Part shown: one piece after another, positions 26,225-37,176 of the stretch
How the letters are laid out: each line of letters begins with the position of its first letter
Numbering within the stretch: the stretch's first letter is position 1
Assembly: GCA_964596215.1 (NCBI GenBank)
Contig: CAZQUW010000002.1
Location: 16,278-58,539, forward strand
Direction of reading: 5' to 3'
DNA: 42,262 nucleotides
DNA from: an uncultured Planctomicrobium sp.
GTDB lineage: Bacteria; Planctomycetota; Planctomycetia; Planctomycetales; Planctomycetaceae
The notes under the pieces: generated by a model
The model's input: the letters and a program-made list of their open reading frames with translations, nothing else
The model's database searches: none
What the model was told of the DNA's origin: nothing
Translations under genes and position numbers: made by a program

Positions 26225-28282
26225 GTGCAATTGAGAATTCGAACTGACAATCAGCATGGCCGTCCGGAATCAGGAGAAACACACATCTCCTGGCAACGGC
26301 AGCGCTGCGCCTCTTCGCGGCTGAAAGGGTGGGCCGGGTTCATCCTCGCATTGTTGTTCGCATTGCCGCAGGACTTCCCGATCGCCCAGGCCCAAAGTGA
26401 CTCGCCTGGCGTCGCCACGCTCAATGACAATGAAGAAGCCGCAGTCCCCACCACAGATGAATCAGTCACCGGCGAAGCCAGTAGTATTGAACCGCTGACC
26501 GAGATTCTCGATGGAGATGTCGAGCCGAAAATTCTGCGACGTCCGTTACAACCGCAGGACACAGAACCCCTCACCTCGGACCAGCCAGACCTGGACCAGT
26601 GGGTCGAACCGAATTTCGATGCCCCCTTGGGGTATACCGGAATGTCAGGCATCGAACCGTTGGAATCTCAAACCAGCGGACATTTCGTACCAGTTGAAGA
26701 TCGCTGGCGTTCAGGCTTCCCCGAGTGGGATCGCTATGGCACTGGTTATGTGCCTGTGGATGACGTTCCCTACGAAGTTGGCCATTGGTGGGACCCCTTT
26801 AATCAGAATGTATTAAAGGGCGATTACCCCATCGCCGGTCAGCACACATTCCTGAATATCACGGCGACGAATTTCCTGATTTTCGAACCGCGTGCCGTGC
26901 CGACCCCGACCACGCCCTTTGAAAGTACGCAGCACCCGGATAGTCCCAATTTCTTCGGGAACCCCAATCAGCTGTTCGTTTCGAACTTCATGCGTTTCTC
27001 GTTCAATCTGTCACACGGCAATGCGTCCTTTAAACCGGCCGACTGGCAGTTGCGTTTGACGCCCGTGTTCAACATGAACTACTTGAATGCGAACGAACTG
27101 GGAATCGTCAATCCTGACGTGCGATATGGGACCACCCGCTTCCGCACGCGGGGTGCGCTGGAAGAATGGTTTTTCGAAAAGAAGCTGGCTGATCTGAACG
27201 GCGATTACGATTTCGTTTCGGTGCGGGCGGGTTCGCAACCGTTCATCAGCGATTTTCGTGGCTTCATTTTCTCAGATACCAACCGAGGCGTGCGGCTCTT
27301 TGGTACGGCCCAGGCCAATCGGCATCAGTACAATCTGGTGTTCTTCGATCAGACCGAGAAAGATACCAACAGCCAGCTGAATACCTTCGACGATCGTCAT
27401 CAGAACACGATTATCGCCAACTACTACATGCAGGACTTCGCGTTCCCCGGCTATACCTCGCAGTGGAGCTTCCACTACAACCGCGATCAACCCAGCTTTA
27501 AGTTTGATGCCAACAATTTCTTAGTCCGTCCCGATCCCGTCGGTGTGTTTCGACCGCACCAGGTGGAAGCATACTATTTTGGTAATGCAGGCGACGGGCA
27601 TATCGGTCGGGTTAACATCAATCACGCGTTTTATTGGGTCGTCGGTAATGACAGCTTTAATCCCCTGGCGGGGCAGCGCGTGGATATCAACGCCAAGATG
27701 GCAGCCATTGAGCTGTCCTATGATCGCGACTGGATCCGGTTTCGCGGTTCTTATTTCTACTCGTCGGGCGATACGAATATCAAAGACCGGGATGCCACCG
27801 GTTTCGATACGATTCTGGACAATCCCATTTTTGCCGGCGGCCAGTTCAGCTATTGGCAGCGGCAGCAGATTGGCTTGTTCGGGACCAGCCTGGTCAATCG
27901 CATGAGCCTGGTGCCCGACTTGCGATCGAGCAAATTCCAGGGGCAAAGCAACTTTGTGAACCCCGGCCTGCAACTGTTCAATGTGGGCTTCGATGTGGAT
28001 GTGACGCCGCAGTTGCGGTTTATTCACAATACGAACTTCCTGTACTTTGATTCGACGAAAGTTCTGGAGCAATTCGTATTTCAGGACAACATTTCCCGCA
28101 CGATCGGCACGGACCTCAGCCTGGGCATGGAGTATCGTCCTTTGCTCAACAATAACATCGTCATTACAGCGGGGGCCGCTTCGCTGCTGCCCGGTGCGGG
28201 TTTCCAGGACCTTTACCGCAATCCCGACTCACACGTTGACCCCTTGTATTCCTCGTTTGTTGAGTTGGATCTCACCTATTGA
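26225..28282 (+). CDS. Predicted outer-membrane beta-barrel protein
   Basis: The product is 685 aa, with a GTG or TTG start at 26225 or 26231. The signal ends ...ALPQDFPIAQA|QS. No Cys follows the signal. The sequence has many alternating aromatic/polar strands and a VRAGSQPFISDFRGFIF segment reminiscent of the GRQ motif of alginate-export-type barrels. The C-terminal residue is aromatic (VELDLTY). Confidence 0.7.
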   Translation: MQLRIRTDNQHGRPESGETHISWQRQRCASSRLKGWAGFILALLFALPQDFPIAQAQSDSPGVATLNDNEEAAVPTTDESVTGEASSIEPLTEILDGDVEPKILRRPLQPQDTEPLTSDQPDLDQWVEPNFDAPLGYTGMSGIEPLESQTSGHFVPVEDRWRSGFPEWDRYGTGYVPVDDVPYEVGHWWDPFNQNVLKGDYPIAGQHTFLNITATNFLIFEPRAVPTPTTPFESTQHPDSPNFFGNPNQLFVSNFMRFSFNLSHGNASFKPADWQLRLTPVFNMNYLNANELGIVNPDVRYGTTRFRTRGALEEWFFEKKLADLNGDYDFVSVRAGSQPFISDFRGFIFSDTNRGVRLFGTAQANRHQYNLVFFDQTEKDTNSQLNTFDDRHQNTIIANYYMQDFAFPGYTSQWSFHYNRDQPSFKFDANNFLVRPDPVGVFRPHQVEAYYFGNAGDGHIGRVNINHAFYWVVGNDSFNPLAGQRVDINAKMAAIELSYDRDWIRFRGSYFYSSGDTNIKDRDATGFDTILDNPIFAGGQFSYWQRQQIGLFGTSLVNRMSLVPDLRSSKFQGQSNFVNPGLQLFNVGFDVDVTPQLRFIHNTNFLYFDSTKVLEQFVFQDNISRTIGTDLSLGMEYRPLLNNNIVITAGAASLLPGAGFQDLYRNPDSHVDPLYSSFVELDLTY

Positions 28283-28315
28283 ACTGTCGCCAGAAAACAA
28301 ATCTCAGGCGAGCCG

Positions 28316-28381
28316 GGTGGTGTAAGCCCCCGTGTTCTTGATTCACGACTGGTTACGAAGAATCCCGGGGCTTATGCCACC
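28316..28381. repeat. REP-like GC-rich hairpin in the barrel/cytochrome intergenic spacer
   Basis: GGTGGTGTAAGCCCC (28316-28330) pairs with GGGGCTTATGCCACC (28367-28381), giving 15 bp including 2 G-U pairs. The 13-mer GTAAGCCCCCGTG (28322-28334) recurs at 8370-8382. Confidence 0.5.
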
Positions 28382-28489
28382 GGGCTTACCTGATTCAGTT
28401 GTTGTTTGCGTTTGCATTAATCATCAATATGACCAGCGTAACTCGTGTTGAGTGCACCTCACGAGCCAAGTTTAGAATTTAGCGCAAGG

Positions 28490-31400
28490 ATGCGCAGTAT
28501 GTCTTCATCATTACAACGCCTCTGGCCAGTCACGGGACTCGTCGGAGTCCTGGTTGCCGGGTGGCTGTGTGGATTGTCGCGGGATGGTTACCAACCGTCC
28601 GCGATCGCGCAAGAGCCGCGCGTCGTTCGAGCCGGGTTTTCCCGCGTGCCCAATTCGCCGGGCGCACCTGTTAATGCCTCTGCTGAACCCTTTCCGGTGC
28701 CGGCGGAACTGCGCGAAATAGATCTGTCGCAGCAGACTGCTGAAGAAGCCTGGGCCAAGAGCTGGGGCTGCGTCGCCTGTCATGATGGAGCACATGATCC
28801 GCATGCGAAGAGCACGGTACGCCTGGGGTGCACTGACTGTCACGGCGGCAACGCGAATTGCCAGACCAAGGAACAGGCCCATATCAATCCCATCTATGAC
28901 AACGCCTGGATTTCGTCTGCGAATCCCGTGCGTTCTTATACCCTGTTGAATAAGGAATCGCCGTCGTTTATTCAGTTCGTCAATCCTGGCGACTTGCGAG
29001 TCGCCCATCTGAGTTGCGGGTTGTCGGGCTGTCATCCCCAGGAGACACTGGCGGTTAAGAAGAGCATGATGACGCACGGCTGTATGCTGTGGGGGGCGGC
29101 TCTGTACAACAACGGTGCCGTTCCAGATAAGCACGCGCGGTACGGCGAGAGCTACAGCATGTTCGGGACACCACAGCGGCTTCAGACCGTCCCCCCGCCG
29201 ACCCCTTATGAAATGGAAAAAAAGGGAGTTCTCCCGTTCCTGGATCCCCTGCCTCGTTTTCAGATTTCTCAGCCAGCGAACATCTTGCGCATTTTTGAAC
29301 GAGGCGGCCGGTTCTTTAATGAAACGGGCATCCCCGAACCCAAGGAGGAACCGGGACGGCCGCGGGCCAAGGTCGGCGTGCGTGGCCTGGGAACGCAGAA
29401 TCGCACCGATCCGGTCTTCATCGGACTCCAGAAGACCCGTTTGCTCGACCCGACGCTCAACTTCCTGGGGACCAACGATCACCCGGGAGATTTCCGCTCC
29501 AGCGGCTGCACCGCCTGTCATATGATCTATGCCAATGACCGGTCTGAAATTCATTCCGGCCCGTATGCCAAGTACGGCCATCTGGGACACGCGGCGGCCG
29601 AGCCCGATGATCTGGTGAAAACGGTCGATCCGATGATTCCCAAGCACGAATCGGGGCATCCCGTTGAGCACAAGTTTACGCTGTCGATTCCGACGAGCCA
29701 GTGCATTGTCTGTCATATTCATCCTGGTACGACTGTCATGAACAGCTACCTGGGTTATATGTGGTGGGATAATGAAACAGACGGAGAGTTGATGTATCCC
29801 GAGAAGGCGAAGCACCCGTCTTCCGAAGAAATGATTCAGTCCCAGATGTCGAATCCCGAGGAGGCGGCCGCGCGCGGGAACTGGTCTGAACCTGAGTTCC
29901 TGGAGAATGTTCGCGAGCTGAATGGCAGCCTCCGGCACACGCAGTTCGCCGATTTCAACGGCCACGGCTGGGTGTTCCGCGCCGTCTATAAGAAGAATCG
30001 CGAAGGGACGCTGCTCGATCACTTTAATAACCCGATTGAGAATGTCTCGAACGAGCAACTGCAACAGGCGATGAAGCTGCCGTTACAGCATAAGGGGCTG
30101 CATTTTACCGGTCAGGAGATGGCCGAACTGGAGGCGGCGAAGCAGAAGCTGGAACAGTGTCAGCATCAGACTCCCGTGCATTTGATGGACATCCACCTCG
30201 AAAAGGGCATGCATTGCATCGACTGCCACTTCATCCAGGATGTGCACGGCAATACCAAGCTGTATGGCGAGGTGCGGGCGGCGATTGAGATCCAGTGCAT
30301 CGATTGTCACGGTACGACACGCGAACGTGCCAACCTCCGGACTTCTGGCCCGGCGGCGACCGAACGACTGGCGCCGGCCCCTTCAGGGCGAAATCTGTCC
30401 GGCATGCGGACACCCTTCGGAAAGCGCCGCTTCGAGAAACAGGGGGGGCGCATCGTCCAGAATTCGATGGTCGAACCGAACCTCAGCTGGGAAGTCAAAC
30501 AAGTTGCCGACACGATCGATCCTCAGCATCCGGCCTATAACGCCCTCGCGGCGCTCGCCAAGACCGTCCGCTTCACGGACGACACCAAGACAAAGATGAC
30601 GTGGGGCGACGTCCCTCCGGAAGGGCATGGCTGTGCACACGCCAATGACAACATGAGTTGCATTGCGTGCCATTCAGCCTGGAATCCGAGCTGCTACGGC
30701 TGCCACCTGCCGCAGAAGGCAAACAAGAAGATGCCGGATCTGCATAACGAAGGTGATGTCACCCGCAACTATGTTTCTTATAACTTCCAGACTCTGCGCG
30801 ACGATGTTTATATGCTGGGCCGGGATGGTGATGTGACTGGCAATCGGATTGGCCCGTCGCGTTCGTCCTGTGCCGTTCATGTGGGGTCTTATAATGCCAA
30901 CCGTGAATCGATCTATGTGCAGCAGCAGACCATTTCGGGTGAAGGGCTGAGCGGCATTGCCTTCAGCACGAACGTCCCGCACACCGTGCGTGGCAAGGGC
31001 GAAACGAAGACCTGCGTTGATTGCCACGTGTCGCGCGATAACGACAACAATGCCGTCCTGGCCCAGCTGTTGATGCAGGGGACCAATTACCTGAATTTCA
31101 TCGGTCGCTATTGCTGGGTGTCGGCGGGCGAGCACGGTTTGCATGCAGTGGAAGTGACTGAACGTGATGAGCCGCAGGCGGTCATCGGCAGCAGTCTGCA
31201 TCGACTGGCGTTCCCGGATCGCTATGAAAAACATCTCGAAAATGGCAGTGAGCTTGAGCACGAACATGAACATCCGGGGATCGATATTGCGACCAAGTTG
31301 CGGCATCCGCGGGCAAAGGCCGAGATTCTCAACAGCCAGTTGCGTGGCGAATATCTCTATGCTGCTTGCGGTACCGGCGGGTTCCGCGCGTTCGACGTGG

Positions 31401-32581
31401 CCTTCATCGATCATAAGGGATTTTCAGAGCGCATCGTGACGGCCCCGGTATCTCCGGCCGGACAGCGTTTCTATGTCCCGACCCAGTACGCCACGGCAGT
31501 CGCGGCTCCGTCCACGATTGTGCCCGATCCGACACGTACCCATCGGCCGGAAAATAAAGAGCAGCATGTGCATCCCTTGTATGCCTACATTTATGTCACA
31601 GACAAATGCGAAGGGTTGATCCTGATTGGCGCCGGAACATTCCTCGACGGCAATCCGATGAATAATTTCCTGGAACGGGCCTTAACGTATAATCCCGACG
31701 GCATCTTGAACGGTGCGAAGAATATCTCGATTGTCGGAACTTATGCGTACATCTGCTGTGACGCCGGGCTGGTGGTGGTCGCGCTGGATGATCCGCTGCA
31801 TCCGAAGATCACCGCGGTGCTGGGTGAGGAGCAGAACCTGCATCATCCGCACGCAGTGCAGGTCCAGTTCCGCTACGGTTTTGTCTGCGACGAGCAAGGT
31901 GTCAAGGTCATCGACACAACTCACCTGGCGCAACCGCACTATGTCTCAGGCATTGAGCTGGCTGAAGCCCATAACATTTATGTGGCCCGGACCTATGCCT
32001 ATGTGGCGGCTGGCTCACAGGGGCTGGTGATTCTGGATGTGAAGAATCCGCTCGATCTTAAGATCGATCAGGTGTTCGATGCCGGCGGATGCATCAACGA
32101 TCTCCATGATGTGAAACTGGGCATCACCTATGTCAGTGAGTTTGCCTATCTGGCGGATGGTGTCAACGGGCTGCGGGTGGTGCAGCTGACGTCACCCGAG
32201 ACCCCGGGCAACGATGGTTTCACGCCCCGCCCGACACCGAGCCTGGTGGCCAGCTTCAAGTTGCCGAAGGACGGCCATGCCCTCTCTATTTCGAAGGGGG
32301 TCGATCGTGACCGGGCCGTGGATGAGTCTGGAAATCAGCTGGCGGTATTCGGGCGGGTGGGGGCCCGTCCGTTGAATCTGGCTGAGCAACAGAAGCTCTA
32401 CATGCGACCCGACGGCAGCGTCTGGGATGTGCAGGACGTCCAGCGTGATTTCCAGATTGCCGATCCGCGCGACCGCGAACACGATTACGCGAAACGGCTC
32501 GCCGACGCCTACGGACCGATGCGGCGGCCCGGGCCGGAACGCATTACGCGGGCCGCCGGTACACGCCTTTTGCGAAAATAG
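28490..32581 (+). CDS. Multihaem c-type cytochrome (9 CxxCH + 1 CxxxxCH) fused to a C-terminal LVIVD-repeat beta-propeller
   Basis: The haem motifs are CVACH, CTDCH, CGLSGCH, CTACH, CIVCH, CIDCH, CIDCH, CIACH, CYGCH and CVDCH, spanning 28769-31027. The N-terminal signal or anchor is [16 protein letters not shown]. About six LVIVD-type blades follow ([64 protein letters not shown]) at 31352-32206. The start is 28490 or 28499 within ORF 28445-32581. Confidence 0.85.
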   Translation: MRSMSSSLQRLWPVTGLVGVLVAGWLCGLSRDGYQPSAIAQEPRVVRAGFSRVPNSPGAPVNASAEPFPVPAELREIDLSQQTAEEAWAKSWGCVACHDGAHDPHAKSTVRLGCTDCHGGNANCQTKEQAHINPIYDNAWISSANPVRSYTLLNKESPSFIQFVNPGDLRVAHLSCGLSGCHPQETLAVKKSMMTHGCMLWGAALYNNGAVPDKHARYGESYSMFGTPQRLQTVPPPTPYEMEKKGVLPFLDPLPRFQISQPANILRIFERGGRFFNETGIPEPKEEPGRPRAKVGVRGLGTQNRTDPVFIGLQKTRLLDPTLNFLGTNDHPGDFRSSGCTACHMIYANDRSEIHSGPYAKYGHLGHAAAEPDDLVKTVDPMIPKHESGHPVEHKFTLSIPTSQCIVCHIHPGTTVMNSYLGYMWWDNETDGELMYPEKAKHPSSEEMIQSQMSNPEEAAARGNWSEPEFLENVRELNGSLRHTQFADFNGHGWVFRAVYKKNREGTLLDHFNNPIENVSNEQLQQAMKLPLQHKGLHFTGQEMAELEAAKQKLEQCQHQTPVHLMDIHLEKGMHCIDCHFIQDVHGNTKLYGEVRAAIEIQCIDCHGTTRERANLRTSGPAATERLAPAPSGRNLSGMRTPFGKRRFEKQGGRIVQNSMVEPNLSWEVKQVADTIDPQHPAYNALAALAKTVRFTDDTKTKMTWGDVPPEGHGCAHANDNMSCIACHSAWNPSCYGCHLPQKANKKMPDLHNEGDVTRNYVSYNFQTLRDDVYMLGRDGDVTGNRIGPSRSSCAVHVGSYNANRESIYVQQQTISGEGLSGIAFSTNVPHTVRGKGETKTCVDCHVSRDNDNNAVLAQLLMQGTNYLNFIGRYCWVSAGEHGLHAVEVTERDEPQAVIGSSLHRLAFPDRYEKHLENGSELEHEHEHPGIDIATKLRHPRAKAEILNSQLRGEYLYAACGTGGFRAFDVAFIDHKGFSERIVTAPVSPAGQRFYVPTQYATAVAAPSTIVPDPTRTHRPENKEQHVHPLYAYIYVTDKCEGLILIGAGTFLDGNPMNNFLERALTYNPDGILNGAKNISIVGTYAYICCDAGLVVVALDDPLHPKITAVLGEEQNLHHPHAVQVQFRYGFVCDEQGVKVIDTTHLAQPHYVSGIELAEAHNIYVARTYAYVAAGSQGLVILDVKNPLDLKIDQVFDAGGCINDLHDVKLGITYVSEFAYLADGVNGLRVVQLTSPETPGNDGFTPRPTPSLVASFKLPKDGHALSISKGVDRDRAVDESGNQLAVFGRVGARPLNLAEQQKLYMRPDGSVWDVQDVQRDFQIADPRDREHDYAKRLADAYGPMRRPGPERITRAAGTRLLRK

Positions 32582-32827
32582 CGAGTCTCTCTAATAGAAA
32601 ATGGTCAGATCCAGCGGTTTTGAGCGGGCTTCGCGGTGATTACCGGTGATCGAGCCGACATCCCAGGTTCGCCTGGATGATTTTGCGTCGTGTGCTTTCG
32701 ATTTCTCGCCACCCGCTCCGCTCGCGAATGGACGCCATTTTTGATAAGGTGCGGGTTGTCAGGAGGAGACCGCCCGGAAAAGCTCATTCGGTGAATCTGA
32801 GAATGAGTCGGTCTGCCGCAAAATCAC

Positions 32828-35800
32828 TTGAAGACAGACCGAAGCGTGGCGAATCCCATCGTGCCCAGTTCTAAGACCGATCCCACCGCGGCGGTAGAAG
32901 CCGCCACACAGGAAATCGGCAACAGCCTGTTTTCGCACCTGCATCGCCGCACGCCGACCGTATTCGAACGACGCTGGTGGGATGACCGCATCCTGTCCTG
33001 GGCCATGGCTGATGAATCAGTCAAAGTCCAAATGTTCCGTTTCGTCGACGTCCTGCCGATGCTGCGGACCGCGACGTCGATTACGCAACATCTGCACGAA
33101 TATTTTGAAGAAGTTCGTGCACATCTGCCATGGGCGGTGCGGATGGGGCTGGATGTCAGCCAGCCGAATACCATCCTCGGCAAGGCACTCGCGTTGAACG
33201 CCCGCCGCAATGCCGAGCGGATGGCCAAACGATTTATCGCCGGCACCACCGTCGACGAGGTCTTCGAATCGGTCTCCCGGATCCGCCAGCAGGGGTTTGC
33301 GTTCACGCTCGATCTGCTGGGCGAAGCCGTGATCAGCGAACCCGAAGCGGAACGCTACCACGAATCGTATCTCAATTTAATTCGCGAGCTGGCTCCGAAA
33401 GCCCATGAATGGGTGGAGAACAAGCAACTGGACCGCGATCTGCACGGGAATGTGCCGCGGGTGAATACATCCCTGAAGCTGTCGGCCCTCTACAGCCAGT
33501 TTAAGCCGATCGATCCGGTCGGCACTGCGGCGGGAGTCAAGGCGCGGTTAAGACCGCTGATCCGGACGGCTCGGGAACATGAGACGTGCCTCCATATTGA
33601 TATGGAGCATTACGCGTACAAAGATCTGACCCTGGAGATCTTTCGCGACATTCTCATGGAAGACGAATTCCGCGATTTCGCGGACATTGGCATCGTAATT
33701 CAGGCCTATTTGCCCGAAGCCGAACGAGACCTGCACGCGCTGCGTGACTGGGCCGAGAAACGGGGCACGCCGATCTGGGTGCGGCTGGTAAAAGGGGCCT
33801 ACTGGGATTACGAAACCGTCGCTGCCGAGTCGCGTGGCTGGCCTGTCCCCGTATATCTTCAGAAGTGGCAATCGGATGAAAATTACGAACGGCAGTCGCG
33901 TTACCTGATGGAACATCATCGCTGGTTGCGACCGGCGCTGGCCAGCCACAATCTGCGCAGCCTGGCACATGGTCTGGCCTGGGCGAAACATTACAACATT
34001 CCCAATTCCGAGTTCGAAATCCAGATGCTGTATGGCATGGGGACCGAACAGGCCCAGTTGTTCGCCGAACTGGGACACCGCGTGCGAATCTATACGCCGT
34101 TCGGGGAACTGATCCCCGGCATGGCTTATTTCGTACGCCGGTTACTGGAAAATACCTCGAATGAATCATTCCTGCGCGCCAGCTTTACCGAGCATGTCGC
34201 GGTGGAGGAACTGCTGATGAAACCTGCCGACGTGGCCCGCAAGCCGCACACTGTTCGCCCTGCTCCCCAGCCCCGCTTTGAGAATGAGCCACTGACAGAT
34301 TTCTCCCTGGCGGCCAATCGCCAGGCGATGCAGGATGCGATCGAATGGGTTCGCAAATCACTGGGCCGTGACATCCAGTTGACGATCAACGGTCGGCCCG
34401 TGGAAACGAAGGGCCGTATTGTCTCGCGGAATCCCTCGCAACGCAGCCAGATCGTGGGGCACGTGTACGCGGCGACTCCCGAAGAGGCGGTCGAGGCGAT
34501 TGCCGCCGCGCGGCAGGCATTCCCCGCCTGGGCCCGCATGGAAACCCAATATCGCGCCGAGTACCTGGAACTGGCCGCGGCTGAAATGCGGAATCGCAAG
34601 TTTGAGCTGTCTGCCTGGATGGTCTATGAATGCGGTAAGCCGTGGGCCGAAGCCGATGCCGACGTGGCCGAAGCAATCGATTTTTGCATGTACTACGCTG
34701 CCGAGATGCGCCGCCTGTCAGTGCCGCGTCATCTGGATCTGCCGGGCGAAGAGAATACGCTGAGTTACCGTCCCCGCGGTGTCGCCGTGGTTATTGCACC
34801 CTGGAATTTCCCCCTGGCGATTCTCACTGGCATGACGGCGGCCGCACTGGTGTCAGGCAATACGGTTGTGATGAAGCCGGCCGAGCAATCACCGGTCATC
34901 GCTGCCAAGCTGATGGAGATTTTCGAAGCGGTCGGTTTGCCTGCGGGCGTGCTGAATTATCTCCCCGGTGTGGGGGAGGAAATTGGTCCCGAGCTCGTCG
35001 GCAGTCCCGATGTTGATGTGATCACTTTTACCGGCTCACAGGCGGTGGGACTGGCCATTAATCAGCAGGCTGCGGTGACCGATGACCGGCAGGAGTCGGT
35101 GAAGAAAGTCGTTGCCGAGATGGGTGGTAAGAATGCCATCATCATCGATGACGATGCCGACCTGGACGAAGCGGTCCTGGGGGTCATGCAAAGTGCGTTC
35201 GGCTATTCGGGCCAGAAGTGTTCCGCCTGTTCGCGGGCGATTGTGCTCCAGTCAGTCTATGACGAGTTCCTGAAGCGCCTGATTCCCGCGGTCAAGAGCC
35301 TGAAGATCGGTCCCGCCATCGATCCAGGTACCAGTATCGGGCCGGTGATCGATGAGGAAGCTTATGAGCGGATCCAGTCTTACATTGAGATTGGCCGCGA
35401 AGAAGGTCGCCTGGAACTGGGCGACGAACCGGGAGCCCTGCCCTCGGACGGCTACTTTATCGGGCCCCACATTTTCTCGCACGTGTCCCCGACTGCACGG
35501 ATTGCCCAGGAAGAGATTTTCGGCCCCATCCTGGCCGTGATTGCGGCGAAGAACTTTGATGAAGCGTTGCAAATTGCGAATGGCACGCGGTATGCCCTGA
35601 CCGGCGGTGTCTACAGTCGAAGTCCGGTCAATCTCAAGCGGGCCCGGCACGAGTTTGTCACCGGCAACTTGTATCTCAACCGCGGCATTACTGGTGCGTT
35701 GGTCGAACGGCAGCCGTTCGGCGGCTTCAAGATGTCGGGGATTGGCAGTAAAGCGGGTGGACCCGATTATCTGCTGCAATTTCTGATTCCAATTAATGTG

Positions 35801-35860
35801 ACAGAGAATACGTTGCGCCGTGGATTTGCACCGCCACCCCCCGAAGACACGGTCGCGTAG
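32828..35860 (+). CDS. putA: Bifunctional proline dehydrogenase/L-glutamate-gamma-semialdehyde dehydrogenase
   Basis: The PRODH part has RRWWDDRILSWAMADESVKVQMFRFVDVLP and YGMG...VRIYTPFGEL..GMAYFVRRLLENTSNESF. The ALDH part has VIAPWNFPLAI, EMGGKNAIIID, GQKCSA and EEIFGP. There is no RHH DNA-binding domain. The start codon is uncertain: TTG at 32828 or GTG at 32846. Confidence 0.92.
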   Translation: MKTDRSVANPIVPSSKTDPTAAVEAATQEIGNSLFSHLHRRTPTVFERRWWDDRILSWAMADESVKVQMFRFVDVLPMLRTATSITQHLHEYFEEVRAHLPWAVRMGLDVSQPNTILGKALALNARRNAERMAKRFIAGTTVDEVFESVSRIRQQGFAFTLDLLGEAVISEPEAERYHESYLNLIRELAPKAHEWVENKQLDRDLHGNVPRVNTSLKLSALYSQFKPIDPVGTAAGVKARLRPLIRTAREHETCLHIDMEHYAYKDLTLEIFRDILMEDEFRDFADIGIVIQAYLPEAERDLHALRDWAEKRGTPIWVRLVKGAYWDYETVAAESRGWPVPVYLQKWQSDENYERQSRYLMEHHRWLRPALASHNLRSLAHGLAWAKHYNIPNSEFEIQMLYGMGTEQAQLFAELGHRVRIYTPFGELIPGMAYFVRRLLENTSNESFLRASFTEHVAVEELLMKPADVARKPHTVRPAPQPRFENEPLTDFSLAANRQAMQDAIEWVRKSLGRDIQLTINGRPVETKGRIVSRNPSQRSQIVGHVYAATPEEAVEAIAAARQAFPAWARMETQYRAEYLELAAAEMRNRKFELSAWMVYECGKPWAEADADVAEAIDFCMYYAAEMRRLSVPRHLDLPGEENTLSYRPRGVAVVIAPWNFPLAILTGMTAAALVSGNTVVMKPAEQSPVIAAKLMEIFEAVGLPAGVLNYLPGVGEEIGPELVGSPDVDVITFTGSQAVGLAINQQAAVTDDRQESVKKVVAEMGGKNAIIIDDDADLDEAVLGVMQSAFGYSGQKCSACSRAIVLQSVYDEFLKRLIPAVKSLKIGPAIDPGTSIGPVIDEEAYERIQSYIEIGREEGRLELGDEPGALPSDGYFIGPHIFSHVSPTARIAQEEIFGPILAVIAAKNFDEALQIANGTRYALTGGVYSRSPVNLKRARHEFVTGNLYLNRGITGALVERQPFGGFKMSGIGSKAGGPDYLLQFLIPINVTENTLRRGFAPPPPEDTVA

Positions 35861-35941
35861 TCCATGTGATCCGTGTGGAGCAATCACCACTGAGCCCGCA
35901 GACTGGCTGTCCCTGGCTGCGGCTCTGGCCACTCACGAAGG

Positions 35942-36685
35942 ATGAGCATGAATCGCGCGCGCTGGCTGCCTTGCCTCGCCTGGTCACTTGTAGCGATGGC
36001 GATCATGTTGTGGGCCGGAGTTGCCGCTCCAGCCCGCGCGGATGAGGCCTTGGCCAAACTGCGTTATCCGCTCTCCAAGTCAGACGGAATACGCATTCCG
36101 AATATCGTGCTGGATCTGTCGGAGGTTCCTGGCAACACTTCCGCCAAGGCCTGGGGACTGGAAGCCAAACTGCTGTGTGAAGACTGGTTTCCAGTGATCT
36201 GCCGGTTTCTGGCTACTGAAAAATGGATTCCGCCAGAAACGGTGCGACTGGTGGTGAAGCGGGATCTGGATGCCCCCGGCGTCACCAGCGGAGCGACCAT
36301 TCAGGTCAGCCTCAAGTGGATTACGCAGCATCCCGAAGATTTTGGCATGGTCATCCACGAACTGACCCACGTCATTCAGAACTATCCGCCCGATCGCACG
36401 ACGCCCGGCTGGCTGGTGGAAGGGGTTGCCGACTACATCCGTTACTGGAAGTACGAACCCGAAATTACGCGCCCCCGGATCGATCCCAAGACTGCGACCT
36501 ATCAACAGGGCTACGGCACCACAGGAGCCTTCCTGGCATGGCTGGTGAAGACCTACGACCGTCGGATCATCCTGCGACTGGATGCTGCATTGCGCGTCAA
36601 AGCCTATCATCCTGGACTGTTTCAGGAGCTTACCGGCAAACGTCTCGACGATTTGTGGCAGGAGTTTCTGGCCAGCCAGCCGTAG
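35942..36685 (+). CDS. Secreted basic-secretory-protein-like putative metallopeptidase (HExxH)
   Basis: The signal peptide ends APARADE. The motifs HELTHVIQNY and WLVEGVADYIRYW are as I recall for the BSP (PF04450-type) family. Confidence 0.7.
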   Translation: MSMNRARWLPCLAWSLVAMAIMLWAGVAAPARADEALAKLRYPLSKSDGIRIPNIVLDLSEVPGNTSAKAWGLEAKLLCEDWFPVICRFLATEKWIPPETVRLVVKRDLDAPGVTSGATIQVSLKWITQHPEDFGMVIHELTHVIQNYPPDRTTPGWLVEGVADYIRYWKYEPEITRPRIDPKTATYQQGYGTTGAFLAWLVKTYDRRIILRLDAALRVKAYHPGLFQELTGKRLDDLWQEFLASQP

Positions 36686-37176
36686 ATCGACTCGCACCGC
36701 TTGCAGCCAGTTTGATCCCATGGTGGTGTGGCCCGGAGTCAAACATCGGGCCCCAGATTTGTATCGGCCGGGGAAGTTCCACACCGCGCCTCGACCTGCG
36801 ATGGCGTAAGCCGGGCATTGTGCAGAAGATTATCTTTTCATTAGCTGGCGAAGCATTCAGTAATTCGTCTTGCTGCAATTTTTGGTTTGTGCGATAAGGA
36901 CTATCCCTCTCGCCTCCCGTCCATGCCAATCATCAGTTTTCCCATTTGAGACTTTCGTCTCCTGTGCGGAACCTATCCTTTTCCACAATTCGCCAACGTA
37001 CCATCTGACTCGTGCAATTGCCTGCCGCCGGGGACACCCGGAGACAGATCATCACACGGAAGATCATTCGACTGCGCTAGATCGCTCCGGCGAACCCGCC
37101 GGACGGGAATGTCACGTCCGTTTGTGCAGGATCACTGATTGCGGATCTTTCCATTCAGTCAAAGAAGCAAAATATC

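Noticed and set aside
28280-28390. Possible selenocysteine read-through of the TGA stop of the barrel gene, considered because selC is nearby.
   Set aside because: The continuation (TVARKQISGEPGGVSPRVLDSRLVTKNPGAYATGLT*) is just the translation of a REP-like hairpin. The barrel already ends in a typical aromatic terminal strand, and no SECIS-like stem follows immediately after the TGA.
28511-30064. A 517-aa minus-strand ORF, with similar long antisense ORFs at 30674-31414, 15639-16658, 3620-4654, 13343-14251, 18999-19778, 19396-20130, 20285-20962, 35252-35932, 36080-36784 and 2795-3523.
   Set aside because: Each lies entirely opposite a gene with strong family motifs (multihaem cytochrome, argJ, PfkB, MFP, flavoprotein, mogA, thioredoxin, putA, BSP, His-rich protein). 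Their translations are low-complexity and Arg/Gly/Leu-biased, as expected for GC-rich shadow frames.
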